In this document: one piece after another, positions 1 to 8,247 of the stretch
Numbering within the stretch: position 1 is the first letter of the stretch
Layout: each line of letters starts with the position of its first letter
Source of the DNA: Candidatus Microgenomates bacterium
Lineage (GTDB): Bacteria > Patescibacteriota > Microgenomatia > JACPZF01
Assembly: GCA_016199065.1 (NCBI GenBank)
Contig: JACQHK010000053.1
Coordinates: 1-63,080 of the forward strand
Length of the DNA stretch: 63,080 nt
Reading direction: 5' to 3'
Position numbers and translations under genes: made by a program
The notes under the pieces: model-generated
What the model saw: the letters and a program-made list of their open reading frames with translations, nothing else
Databases searched by the model: none
What the model was told of the DNA's origin: nothing

Positions 1-54
1 CTCTTATACTGTGCAGTATCATAGTGCTGTGGAATCGGAATTGTCCATGAAACC

Positions 55-78
55 AAAAAAGAGGCCGAAGCTGACTCT
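55..78 (-). terminator. Rho-independent-type hairpin downstream of ORF 130..669
   Basis: Minus strand reads AGAG-TCA-GC-TTCG-GC-CTCT followed by TTTTTTGG. This is a GC-closed UUCG tetraloop stem plus a U-tract, about 50 nt past the stop codon. Confidence 0.45.
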
Positions 79-129
79 ACTTACCATTTTTAAATAGAAA
101 AATCTTCAATCTCCTGTTGGTAAATTTCT

Positions 130-669
130 TTAATACGAAAGTGACATTGTGTCTTGATGGGTTAAACCCGCACCCTTGCCGGTAAAGTTGATAGGTACGC
201 TTTTACTGTCTTTATTAACTACCCCACTAAACTGTGCGCTGGCTGGTATATTAACAAAAAACGGGCTGCAAGCCCCTGATATTGAACCAGTGATTGGTCC
301 ATTATTTTTTCCGTTAAACGTTCCTTTTAACTTACCATCGCAAGTTCCGGCAATAGTACCGATCACCGATCCTCCGTCTAGAGGAATGTTTGCAGTCACG
401 TTCACTGAGTAACCTTTAAAACTATACGTTCCTGTGGCTACGACCGCTCCCTCAGGTTCAACCTCTTCTTCTTCTACCCTGTTTAGTAAGCAGTCAAAAA
501 ATTCTTCATAGCCACAATGCTTAAAATAGTACCCGAAAGCCTCATTAGAGCCAATTCCTAAGAGTAAAACTAAAATAATAGCAAAGATTAATACCGGGGC
601 ACAGCCGATTTTACCTGGTTTAGCTGCAGGAACTTCCGGAGGTTGACTTTTTTCCTTCATTAGACTCAT
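130..669 (-). CDS. Hypothetical membrane-anchored protein with a Gly-rich repeat ectodomain
   Basis: 179-aa ORF with an N-terminal hydrophobic helix (CAPVLIFAIILVLLLGIG), an acidic linker (EEEEVEPE) and repeated G-x-I-x-G-x-C segments. No family recognised. Confidence 0.5.
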   Translation of the reverse strand: MSLMKEKSQPPEVPAAKPGKIGCAPVLIFAIILVLLLGIGSNEAFGYYFKHCGYEEFFDCLLNRVEEEEVEPEGAVVATGTYSFKGYSVNVTANIPLDGGSVIGTIAGTCDGKLKGTFNGKNNGPITGSISGACSPFFVNIPASAQFSGVVNKDSKSVPINFTGKGAGLTHQDTMSLSY

Positions 670-820
670 TAAATCTTATAAAAATCTAAAAGTCAATTCA
701 GCATCGGCCAGGTTTCCCAAAAAGGCGTATAATGTATCTATCTCACAATCCAAACCAACTATTGTTTTCTTAAGTACCTATCCTCCCAGAGAATGTGGTA
801 TAGCAACATTTACCGAAGAT

Positions 821-2929
821 TTGCTTAAGTCCAGTCAAAAATTTCTCGGATCATTGGTGGATTGTAAGGTCGCGGCTCTAAATGTCTCCCCGCTGGATAC
901 GCATAAATATCCTCCGGAAGTTGAATGGAAAATTGACCAAAGTAACAAATCAGACCTGATAAATCTGGCCCAGATGTGTAACGACGATGTGCAGATCACC
1001 GGAGTGATTATTCAACATGAATATGGTATTTTCGGCGGAAGTGAAGGAAATTCTTTGCTTTCCTTCATGCGCAACTGCAAAAAACCGATGCTCGTTACTC
1101 TTCATACAGTACTTCCTAAACCGAGTCCGAAAATGAAGCAAGTAACCGCAACAATCATTCACTCCGCTGTCACGGTCGTGGTTCTAACCAACAGTTCAAA
1201 AAAAATCATCGAAACACTCTATCCTGAATCTATAGGCAAAGTTTTTATGATTCCGCACGGAATTCATCAGGTCGCGTTTTCAACGGCGCAGGAATATAAA
1301 ATAAAACTGAAATTAGAGAACCACCTTGTTCTTTCAACCTTCGGACTGCTCAGTCGTGGCAAAGGAATTGAGTATGTCTTAAACGCCCTGCCGAAAGTTA
1401 TTAAAAAATATCCTTCGCTTCTTTATCTTATTCTGGGAGAAACCCATCCGGTAATTCGCAGACATGAAGGAGAAAAATACCGTTTCGAATTAGCAAAGAT
1501 TATTACCAAGCTAGGGCTGGAAAATCACGTCAGATTTTACGATCAATATTTTAGCCTTCCGGACCTATTTGAGTTTTTAAAAGCAACGGACGTTTATGTT
1601 TCTGCCTCTACTAACCCAAACCAGGCGGTAAGCGGAACTCTGTCTTATGCTTTAGGAACAGGAAGAACAGTCATCAGCACGGACTTTGCCCAGGCAAAGG
1701 AAATTGTCACTGCCGAAACAGGACGATTAATTCCGGTTAAAAATTCTTCAGCCTTAACCTCTGCCCTGGTTGATCTTTTAGGCGACCAAAAAAGTCTAAG
1801 AAAAATGCATCACAACGCCTACCTAAAAACCCGCATTATGCTTTGGCATAAAGTTGCCAGTGAGTATTTAAACTTACTGGAAAGAATGGTCGTTCCGGCG
1901 CTAAAAATTGATCATCTGGTTAAAATGACCGACGATTTTGGGCTCTTTCAGTTTGCATCTTTGACAATTCCTAACAAAGCTTTCGGCTATACTTTGGACG
2001 ATAATGCCAGGGCACTTGTTGTTTGCAGTTGGTTAATGAAACAAAAGTATTCGAAGGAGGTAGAAGTTTTACTTAGACTATATATCGCGTTTATTAAAAA
2101 ATGTCAGCTGGCAAACGGGTCATTTATAAACTACATCGGCTTTAAAGATAAACTCCCTACCATGCAAAACAGCAAGGAGGACTTGGAAGACACTCAGTCC
2201 CGCGCGTTGTGGGCGATGAGCGAAGTTATGACTAATAAAATTTTGGCAGATGACATCCGCAACGAAGCAAAAAAAATCTTTCTGTTGGCGCTTAAAGCAG
2301 AAGTAAAATTAAATCATTTGCGCGCCAAGGCTTATTTCATTAAATCTCTAACTCTGGCGGTCGGCGTTTTACCGGAGATGCGTACAAGACTAATAAAAAT
2401 AATTACCGACCATGCCGATTCTTTATGCACTGCCCTTGCCGATCATTCCGTCAAAAAGTGGCAGTGGTTTGAAAGTGAATTAAATTATAATAACGCTCTT
2501 CTGCCGGAAAGTTTACTGATTGCCGGAGAAATATCGGAGAACACAACGTATACTAAAAAAGGCCTCCTTTCTCTTGAGTTCCTGATCAGCAAAACCTTTT
2601 CTAAAACTTATATTCCCATTGGTCATTCGCAATGGTACAAAAATAAAGCAAAACGGAGCAACTTTGATCAACAACCAGAAGACCCGGCATCTATGATTTT
2701 AGCGTTAGTAAGAGCATACCGCCTTACAAAAGATTCGCGCTATAAAAGGCTGGCAAATAAATGTTTTAGCTGGTTTCTCGGTAACAACAGTCTGAAAAAA
2801 TCTCTGTATGACTATCAAAACGGCGGCTGCTACGATGGTTTGCACCCCGACCGGGTTAATTTAAATCAGGGCGCAGAATCATTGGTTTCCTATCTAATGT
2901 CCAGCTGTACTATTAGACAACTCAACTAA
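821..2929 (+). CDS. GT4-type (GT-B fold) glycosyltransferase fused to a ~330-aa C-terminal domain of unknown function; the true start is probably upstream of 821
   Basis: 702-aa ORF. The N-terminal half has a glycosyl transferase group 1 layout (STFGLLSRGKGIEY, LILGETHP, VSGTLSYALGTGRTVIS). The track start is a TTG. The frame stays open back to 689 and encodes IVFLSTYPPRECGIATF, typical of the N-terminus of this GT family. Confidence 0.8.
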   Translation: MLKSSQKFLGSLVDCKVAALNVSPLDTHKYPPEVEWKIDQSNKSDLINLAQMCNDDVQITGVIIQHEYGIFGGSEGNSLLSFMRNCKKPMLVTLHTVLPKPSPKMKQVTATIIHSAVTVVVLTNSSKKIIETLYPESIGKVFMIPHGIHQVAFSTAQEYKIKLKLENHLVLSTFGLLSRGKGIEYVLNALPKVIKKYPSLLYLILGETHPVIRRHEGEKYRFELAKIITKLGLENHVRFYDQYFSLPDLFEFLKATDVYVSASTNPNQAVSGTLSYALGTGRTVISTDFAQAKEIVTAETGRLIPVKNSSALTSALVDLLGDQKSLRKMHHNAYLKTRIMLWHKVASEYLNLLERMVVPALKIDHLVKMTDDFGLFQFASLTIPNKAFGYTLDDNARALVVCSWLMKQKYSKEVEVLLRLYIAFIKKCQLANGSFINYIGFKDKLPTMQNSKEDLEDTQSRALWAMSEVMTNKILADDIRNEAKKIFLLALKAEVKLNHLRAKAYFIKSLTLAVGVLPEMRTRLIKIITDHADSLCTALADHSVKKWQWFESELNYNNALLPESLLIAGEISENTTYTKKGLLSLEFLISKTFSKTYIPIGHSQWYKNKAKRSNFDQQPEDPASMILALVRAYRLTKDSRYKRLANKCFSWFLGNNSLKKSLYDYQNGGCYDGLHPDRVNLNQGAESLVSYLMSSCTIRQLN

Positions 2930-3880
2930 ATGAAGATTAAACAAATTAAAGATATTTTTCGCGATAATAATATCGCCCGATATAATATGGCGGTCTGGCA
3001 AAAATCAGGAGAAGATTCATTGTGTTTCATCGGACGCGAAGTTGCCACGCCCGGAGAAAGCGGACAGCCTGATACCGGCATTCTAAAACTATTTGAAGTA
3101 AACACCTCAGGCACTGTTATTAAGGAAAAGGTCATTTGGAAACCGATATTTGAGGGAATAAACCTTGAGGATCCCCGAGCCCTGGAGTTGCCTAATGAAA
3201 ATTTGGTCATCGGGCTTACGGCAGTACTTCGTGATACGAAAGGTGTACCGACTCCTTTTCCCGCCCTTGTCAACATCGACTCTTTTGATTCCTGGAAAAA
3301 AGAATTGCCTCCCTTTCTTATTATTGATACTTTCGGGCCAGGAAAAAATATTACACCTATTGGCAGGCATTCTTATCTTTTTCGACCGGATGCGGCAGAA
3401 TACTTCCATAAGCTTTTAGTTTTCTCCCTGCACTCACAAATTCCGGAAAAATTAGGCGACATAGAATTTCCTCTGGACCTTCCTTGGGCAAGTTGGCGAA
3501 TCGGAACGACGATGCCGCCGATCTGGTTAGCTTCCAATGAGGCACTTTTTATTATTCACGGAATTTCCCAAAAAAAGATCGACGGAAGGGAAATATACGT
3601 TTACAGTATCGGGCGGGCGAAATTAATTCGGAATAAAAACAAATTTACTGTAATGGTGTCACCAGAACCGATACTTACTCCTGATAACTTTTTAAATGAT
3701 GAGGGGTTGCCTCTCGTCGAAGAATTGCATCCTGAAAAACGCCGTGTTGTCTACTCCTGCGGTGGAGTGATTAAAAAAAGCACTCCGGAAATATTATCGC
3801 TCTACGTTAACGTAGGAGACCGGACAACTTTTGAAGTAGGATTTTCTCTAAGCGAATTGAAAAAAGGTCTTTTTGATTAA
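2930..3880 (+). CDS. GH130/DUF377-like glycosidase-related protein (beta-propeller type), tentative
   Basis: 316-aa ORF whose ATG directly abuts the TAA of the upstream glycosyltransferase. Its size and pairing with a group-1 GT resemble the known GT plus PH1107-related glycosidase gene pair. The family call is from memory only. Confidence 0.5.
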   Translation: MKIKQIKDIFRDNNIARYNMAVWQKSGEDSLCFIGREVATPGESGQPDTGILKLFEVNTSGTVIKEKVIWKPIFEGINLEDPRALELPNENLVIGLTAVLRDTKGVPTPFPALVNIDSFDSWKKELPPFLIIDTFGPGKNITPIGRHSYLFRPDAAEYFHKLLVFSLHSQIPEKLGDIEFPLDLPWASWRIGTTMPPIWLASNEALFIIHGISQKKIDGREIYVYSIGRAKLIRNKNKFTVMVSPEPILTPDNFLNDEGLPLVEELHPEKRRVVYSCGGVIKKSTPEILSLYVNVGDRTTFEVGFSLSELKKGLFD

Positions 3881-3923
3881 ACATGAGAATAGGGAAAGGA
3901 TACGGTATGAAAAATTATGAGTT

Positions 3924-4199
3924 TTATTTTCGGTATGCCGAGAGGTGCTTGTTGGAAGTCTTAATCCCTTCGTGAACGTGATACAAGGCTGCCAACAAGG
4001 CTGCTGTTAGATAGACTTCCCAAATCGGCAAATCATAGAAAGTGGCACATGGGTAGTTGGTTAAAGGAGAAACTAAGTCACAAATAGTTTGATAGGCAAA
4101 ACGATCCACGTTTAATAAATCAATTACTCCTACTAAAACGAAGAGTAAAACGAGTGTTATGAAAAAGGAGTGTTGAACAAACCATCCTTTATACGGCAT
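3924..4199 (-). CDS. Small hypothetical membrane protein
   Basis: 91-aa ORF with two clear hydrophobic helices (FFITLVLLFVLVGVIDLL; VYLTAALLAALYHV). Confidence 0.4.
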   Translation of the reverse strand: MPYKGWFVQHSFFITLVLLFVLVGVIDLLNVDRFAYQTICDLVSPLTNYPCATFYDLPIWEVYLTAALLAALYHVHEGIKTSNKHLSAYRK

Positions 4200-4321
4200 A
4201 TACTTTCATGAAAGCACTTTGAAAAACAAAATGCAAGTGTTTTGGCAATACTTCTTTAACTTTAACATTTTTGTGGTAAATTAATTGTATGATTATGGGA
4301 ATATAATCAATTTTTTTAGGG

Positions 4322-5506
4322 TTAAAAAGCTGTTTCTTTTTTAACACCTGGTCGAAGAACCTGGAAAGAGAGAAAGAAACAAGCAAGTATTAAGACTGCA
4401 CCAACAACAAAAGGTAAGGGAATAGCAATGGTAGCCACTGCTCCGCCCAACAAAGGACCAACTATCATCCCGATACTTTGATAAGAAGCATTAAGTCCCA
4501 TGATGGAACCCTGAGACTTGGCATCGGCTTCTTGGGAAAGAATCGCAGGAATTAACGTTTGAGAAATACTGTTAAATATACCGATAATTAAAGAGGCAAG
4601 AATGAAAAGACTCAAGGTACGGGAAAAATACATGATCATAAACGAGACGGAAGTTAACAGCAGTGCAATAGAAAAAGCCTTTCTCATTCCCAATAGTTTA
4701 GTAATTCGCGCTACCAAAAAAGTTTGAGAAATTAAACCGACGATACCAAAAAAAGTAAACAAAAGAGCATTTTGTTGCTCGGTGATTTTTAAAACATTCA
4801 GGGTAAAGGGTTGAAAACCATAGATCATCGCGCAAGAAAAGGCTAGGAAAAAGAGTAAAGAAATAAAGAATGTCACGCCCACATTGGGATCAAAGAGAGT
4901 CTTCGTTAATTTCGGAATGTCGATAAGTTTTCCCTTTTTAACTTCTCCCATGTGCTTGTTAGTTTCAGGAAGATAGAGATACATCAAAACAGCAGAAATT
5001 AGTGTCACTATCCCGGCAATTATAAAAGGTACGGCAGGACCAAATCCCACCGTCAAAGCAGAAACTGCCGGTCCGAAGACAAAACCAAAACTAAAGGCCG
5101 CTCCGACTAATCCAAACGCTTTGGGCCGTTCTTCAGGTTTGGTTGAATCAGAGATTACGGCAAAAACGACCGGAATATTACCCGCCGTTAGTCCATCCAG
5201 AGCCCTGGCCAAATACAAAAACCAAAAATTGGGAGCAAAAGCCATGGTGAAAAAAGATAAAGCAGTTCCTAAAATAGAAATTAATAGCAATGGCCTTCTA
5301 CCATATTTATCAGACAAACGGCCGATGATCGGTGTAGAAATAAATTGGAAAATTGAATAAGTCGCAAAAAGTAAACCGTTTTCAAAATCCGATAGTCCGT
5401 ATTTTTTAGAATACGCATATAGTATGGGGATAATAATTCCGTAGCCTAGCATATTTACCACCGCCACCAGGGAAACGATCAATAAATTTCGGTTGTTTTT
5501 TAACAT
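4322..5506 (-). CDS. MFS transporter (drug:H+ antiporter-like)
   Basis: MFS motif A GRLSDKYGRRP and about 12 predicted TM helices. The track start at 5545 lies in the loop of a perfect 12-bp hairpin, so the ATG at 5506 (MLKNNRNLL) is preferred. Confidence 0.85.
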   Translation of the reverse strand: MLKNNRNLLIVSLVAVVNMLGYGIIIPILYAYSKKYGLSDFENGLLFATYSIFQFISTPIIGRLSDKYGRRPLLLISILGTALSFFTMAFAPNFWFLYLARALDGLTAGNIPVVFAVISDSTKPEERPKAFGLVGAAFSFGFVFGPAVSALTVGFGPAVPFIIAGIVTLISAVLMYLYLPETNKHMGEVKKGKLIDIPKLTKTLFDPNVGVTFFISLLFFLAFSCAMIYGFQPFTLNVLKITEQQNALLFTFFGIVGLISQTFLVARITKLLGMRKAFSIALLLTSVSFMIMYFSRTLSLFILASLIIGIFNSISQTLIPAILSQEADAKSQGSIMGLNASYQSIGMIVGPLLGGAVATIAIPLPFVVGAVLILACFFLSFQVLRPGVKKETAF

Positions 5507-5524
5507 AATCGCCCAACGCACAAA

Positions 5525-5557
5525 TACGAGAATTTTAATTTTCATAAAATTCTCGTA
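5525..5557. promoter_or_regulatory. Perfect 12-bp inverted repeat between the DUF1059-like gene and the MFS gene (operator or terminator)
   Basis: TACGAGAATTTT-N9-AAAATTCTCGTA, read directly from the sequence. Confidence 0.45.
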
Positions 5558-5573
5558 ATGTTTAATTTAAAAT

Positions 5574-5792
5574 CTAGACTGCCACGGGTTGTAATCCTTG
5601 ATTAACCATTTGAGTTACCATTTCTGCTGTAGGAATTGGCTCTTCGGGTTTGTGATACATTTTCATATGCTCTTTAGTCATGGCTAAGTCGTTTTCGGTC
5701 ATCATCTGAATTAATTTTGCTGCCGCTTCCTCACGAGTTGCACCCTCAGTTTCCATCACCTGACCACAAGTACATGTCATGGAGAATTTCAT
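5574..5792 (-). CDS. Small Cys/His-containing protein, possibly DUF1059-like
   Basis: 72-aa ORF preceded by a strong SD (AAAGGAGGTGATAATAAATG). It has an N-terminal CxC motif and His residues. The family call is tentative. Confidence 0.45.
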   Translation of the reverse strand: MKFSMTCTCGQVMETEGATREEAAAKLIQMMTENDLAMTKEHMKMYHKPEEPIPTAEMVTQMVNQGLQPVAV

Positions 5793-5850
5793 TTATTATC
5801 ACCTCCTTTTTCTCGTCCGGAGACGAATAAGGTAGGTTTTTTTATAACAC

Positions 5851-5880
5851 TTGTCAAAGAACTGCGCAATACTCTAAAAT
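5851..5880 (+). promoter_or_regulatory. Sigma70-like promoter candidate for ORF 5916..6236
   Basis: TTGTCA-N18-TAAAAT, about 35 nt upstream of the ATG. Confidence 0.35.
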
Positions 5881-5915
5881 AGCTATGGAAGAAAATTATT
5901 ACTAATTAATTATTC

Positions 5916-6236
5916 ATGACGACCATACCATTTATTATCGTTGGTGGATTCTTGATTGGTTATCTGGTATGTCTTTTTTTTACTCATCCGAAACGCCTGA
6001 AAAATAAGCTTCCCTCCATTAACGTCGGAAGGTTATATATTGCACCCAATATTAAGATAAAAATTCGCGGTCGTTTCTTTCATCTACATCATTGGGTCCA
6101 TCTGACGATTATTTTTACAGTTATGGTTTATTTATCTCAGGATATCTTCATCACCTATCTGTTTTGGAAAGGAATAGTCCTAGGCGGTATCTCCCAGGGA
6201 TTAACCTACAAAGACCGTTTTAAATTCAGAGAATAG
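5916..6236 (+). CDS. Hypothetical membrane protein
   Basis: 106-aa ORF with three hydrophobic segments. Confidence 0.45.
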   Translation: MTTIPFIIVGGFLIGYLVCLFFTHPKRLKNKLPSINVGRLYIAPNIKIKIRGRFFHLHHWVHLTIIFTVMVYLSQDIFITYLFWKGIVLGGISQGLTYKDRFKFRE

Positions 6237-6258
6237 TTTCTGCTTCTCTAATTTTATT

Positions 6259-6906
6259 ATGCTACTTATTGCTCATCGCGGTGATAAAACTAACTATCCG
6301 GAAAATACCATTGAGGCTTTCCGTTCGGCTTTGGAAAAAGGCTCAGGCGGCATCGAATTTGATGTTCAGGTCGAAAACGGCGAGCCGATTATTGTCCATG
6401 ACTATATCAGAAACAATTCCCAACCATATCCCCGATTATCTCAGGTATTGGAAGAATTTGGCAGCCGAACCCATCTGGAAATCGAAATTAAGTCATTTAA
6501 AGTTGAGGAGTTTAAGGTAATCAGCAAAACGGTTAAAAATTTTTCTCCGAAAGATATGGAAATTACTTCCAGCATTCATCCTTTAATACCACATATTAGA
6601 GAGACCTTTCCTAAGACTTATATCGGTGAGATTTTCCCGGACAAATTATTTGAGAACTGGATGACGGAAGAATTTTTAGAAATGTTTTTTGAGGGATATC
6701 TGAAATTAACCGGAGCCAATGTTATTCACCTGCCAAGCTTTCTTTTCCAAGCGTCTGTTATTCAGTATTTGAAAAACAGAGGTTACCTCCTCCATCATCA
6801 TTTATCAACAGATGAACAAGGCGAATATAATAAATTAATAAACTTGGAAATTGATTTTGCAACTTTTGACAATATCAATTTATTGGAAAAAATAGAAATA
6901 AGATAA
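6259..6906 (+). CDS. Glycerophosphodiester phosphodiesterase family protein
   Basis: N-terminal GDPD signature IAHRGDKTNYPENTIEAFRSALEKGSGGIEFDVQ. Confidence 0.8.
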   Translation: MLLIAHRGDKTNYPENTIEAFRSALEKGSGGIEFDVQVENGEPIIVHDYIRNNSQPYPRLSQVLEEFGSRTHLEIEIKSFKVEEFKVISKTVKNFSPKDMEITSSIHPLIPHIRETFPKTYIGEIFPDKLFENWMTEEFLEMFFEGYLKLTGANVIHLPSFLFQASVIQYLKNRGYLLHHHLSTDEQGEYNKLINLEIDFATFDNINLLEKIEIR

Positions 6907-6910
6907 AAGG

Positions 6911-7504
6911 TTATTTCTTATTTGTCTGAAGATATTTATATAGTTGAAATCCCAAAATGCTTCCGACAATTTCTACGGCGTAGTATTCAATATGAGAAAC
7001 CCCAAGCCCCACACCCACTGCCGGATTAAGAATACCCGCCCCGCCTCCTAAAGCAGAAAGAGTAATGCCCAAAAGTAATGATCCTCCAACCACGAAACCT
7101 GAAATTTCATCCGGCACAGATTTATAAACTACGGCAGCAATCCCAAAAGTAAAAATTATCATTCCCAATAATTCAAATAACAATTCGGTTATAAAGATTT
7201 CTGATCCTGCTGGAAAAGGCAGATTTAGTTTTTTATGGATCAAAAAGATTAATAAACCTGCCAGTAACTGACCAATAATATATTTAATAGCCGATAACCT
7301 ATCAATTTTTTTGAGAGACCACAAACCTATGGTAACCGCAGGATTTAAATGACAACCGGAAATTCCTCCAATTGTAAAAACGAAAAGAGTTAAAACTAAC
7401 GCTGCTAAAATTGGGGTCGGAATAAAAAATTGTTGAGTTAGAGACAGAAATACCACCAAGGAAAGAATAAGAGTACCAATAAATTCGCTAAGAATTTTCT
7501 TCAT
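6911..7504 (-). CDS. MIP-family channel (aquaporin/aquaglyceroporin), short form
   Basis: Two NPA boxes (HLNPAVTIG and ILNPAVGVG) and six hydrophobic helices in 197 aa. Confidence 0.85.
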   Translation of the reverse strand: MKKILSEFIGTLILSLVVFLSLTQQFFIPTPILAALVLTLFVFTIGGISGCHLNPAVTIGLWSLKKIDRLSAIKYIIGQLLAGLLIFLIHKKLNLPFPAGSEIFITELLFELLGMIIFTFGIAAVVYKSVPDEISGFVVGGSLLLGITLSALGGGAGILNPAVGVGLGVSHIEYYAVEIVGSILGFQLYKYLQTNKK

Positions 7505-7727
7505 AGATACGAAATAAAATTAAGTAATTTTTATCTTACTATTTACTATGTTAACTAGCAATAATGGCTAATTTGGGATTTATTTAAAAATTATATGGTG
7601 GTTGTTAAAGGGTTGAATTTTATAAATGCCATTTAAAAATTCTGACTATTTTATCAACCCGGGAGATTGTCAATGTTACTGTTTTACTCTTTTCGGAAAG
7701 TTTAGGAAAACTAAGAATACAGCCAGC

Positions 7728-7752
7728 AAGCTCTTTATAACAGAGCTTTTTA
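7728..7752. terminator. Hairpin just downstream of the CsoR operon
   Basis: AAGCTCT-TTATAAC-AGAGCTT with TTTT on the plus strand and an A-tract on the minus strand. It lies about 30 nt past the stop at 7781. Confidence 0.4.
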
Positions 7753-7780
7753 TAGTTGATAATTTCTCCTTCATCCGAAA

Positions 7781-8044
7781 TTACTTTGACCATTTATTGT
7801 AAAGTAAAGCAACTGCATAGACTGATACCCACACGAGTAAGGCAACAGTAATTCCGCCAATTAGAAACGTTACTATGTCTAGTGGAACAACTTCTTTGGA
7901 ACTTCCGAGACCAAATGTATGAAACCAACTTTGACTGATAACAAAAAGTAAATCCGGTACTAACAGAGACAGGATTCTGCAAGCAACATAGATAACTAAA
8001 CTGACAGCTGTAGAAGCGTTGGCAAGGACGATTGGTTTTATCAT
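7781..8044 (-). CDS. DUF5676-like small membrane protein
   Basis: Two to three TM helices. The ATG at 8044 sits 6 nt after AGGAGGTG, whereas the track start at 8053 is a GTG inside that SD. The family call is from memory of similar ~90-aa proteins in metal loci. Confidence 0.5.
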   Translation of the reverse strand: MIKPIVLANASTAVSLVIYVACRILSLLVPDLLFVISQSWFHTFGLGSSKEVVPLDIVTFLIGGITVALLVWVSVYAVALLYNKWSK

Positions 8045-8082
8045 GTTTTTCACCTCCTTTCACCGGTTAATAAATCGCAGGT

Positions 8083-8238
8083 TTACTTATGTTTATGTTC
8101 ACCCATCATAAACAACATCATGGCCGGGCAGATAAGAACGAGTAAAAAGGGCAAAATATTAGGTAAATTGATTTTACCGGTAATTAATCCGATTAAAACA
8201 AAAAATGCGATAACCAACAATACTCCTAGTCTTTTCAT
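8083..8238 (-). CDS. DUF2933-like small membrane protein (51 aa), absent from the ORF track
   Basis: Hand translation gives MKRLGVLLVIAFFVLIGLITGKINLPNILPFLLVLICPAMMLFMMGEHKHK. It has one or two TM helices and a C-terminal C-P-x-M-M-x-x-M-M-x-x-H-x-H tail, and is packed between neighbouring operon genes. Confidence 0.5.
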   Translation of the reverse strand: MKRLGVLLVIAFFVLIGLITGKINLPNILPFLLVLICPAMMLFMMGEHKHK

Positions 8239-8247
8239 GTTTAAAAT

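Noticed and set aside
4189-4386. 65-aa minus-strand ORF
   Set aside because: It overlaps the 3' end of the MFS gene in another frame and runs through an AT-rich spacer. It has no SD and no recognisable features.
7676-7774. 32-aa hydrophobic minus-strand ORF (MKEKLSTIKSSVIKSLLAVFLVFLNFPKRVKQ) after the DUF5676-like gene
   Set aside because: It has no SD, and the putative terminator hairpin 7728..7752 lies inside it. It may be real, but the evidence is too thin to call.
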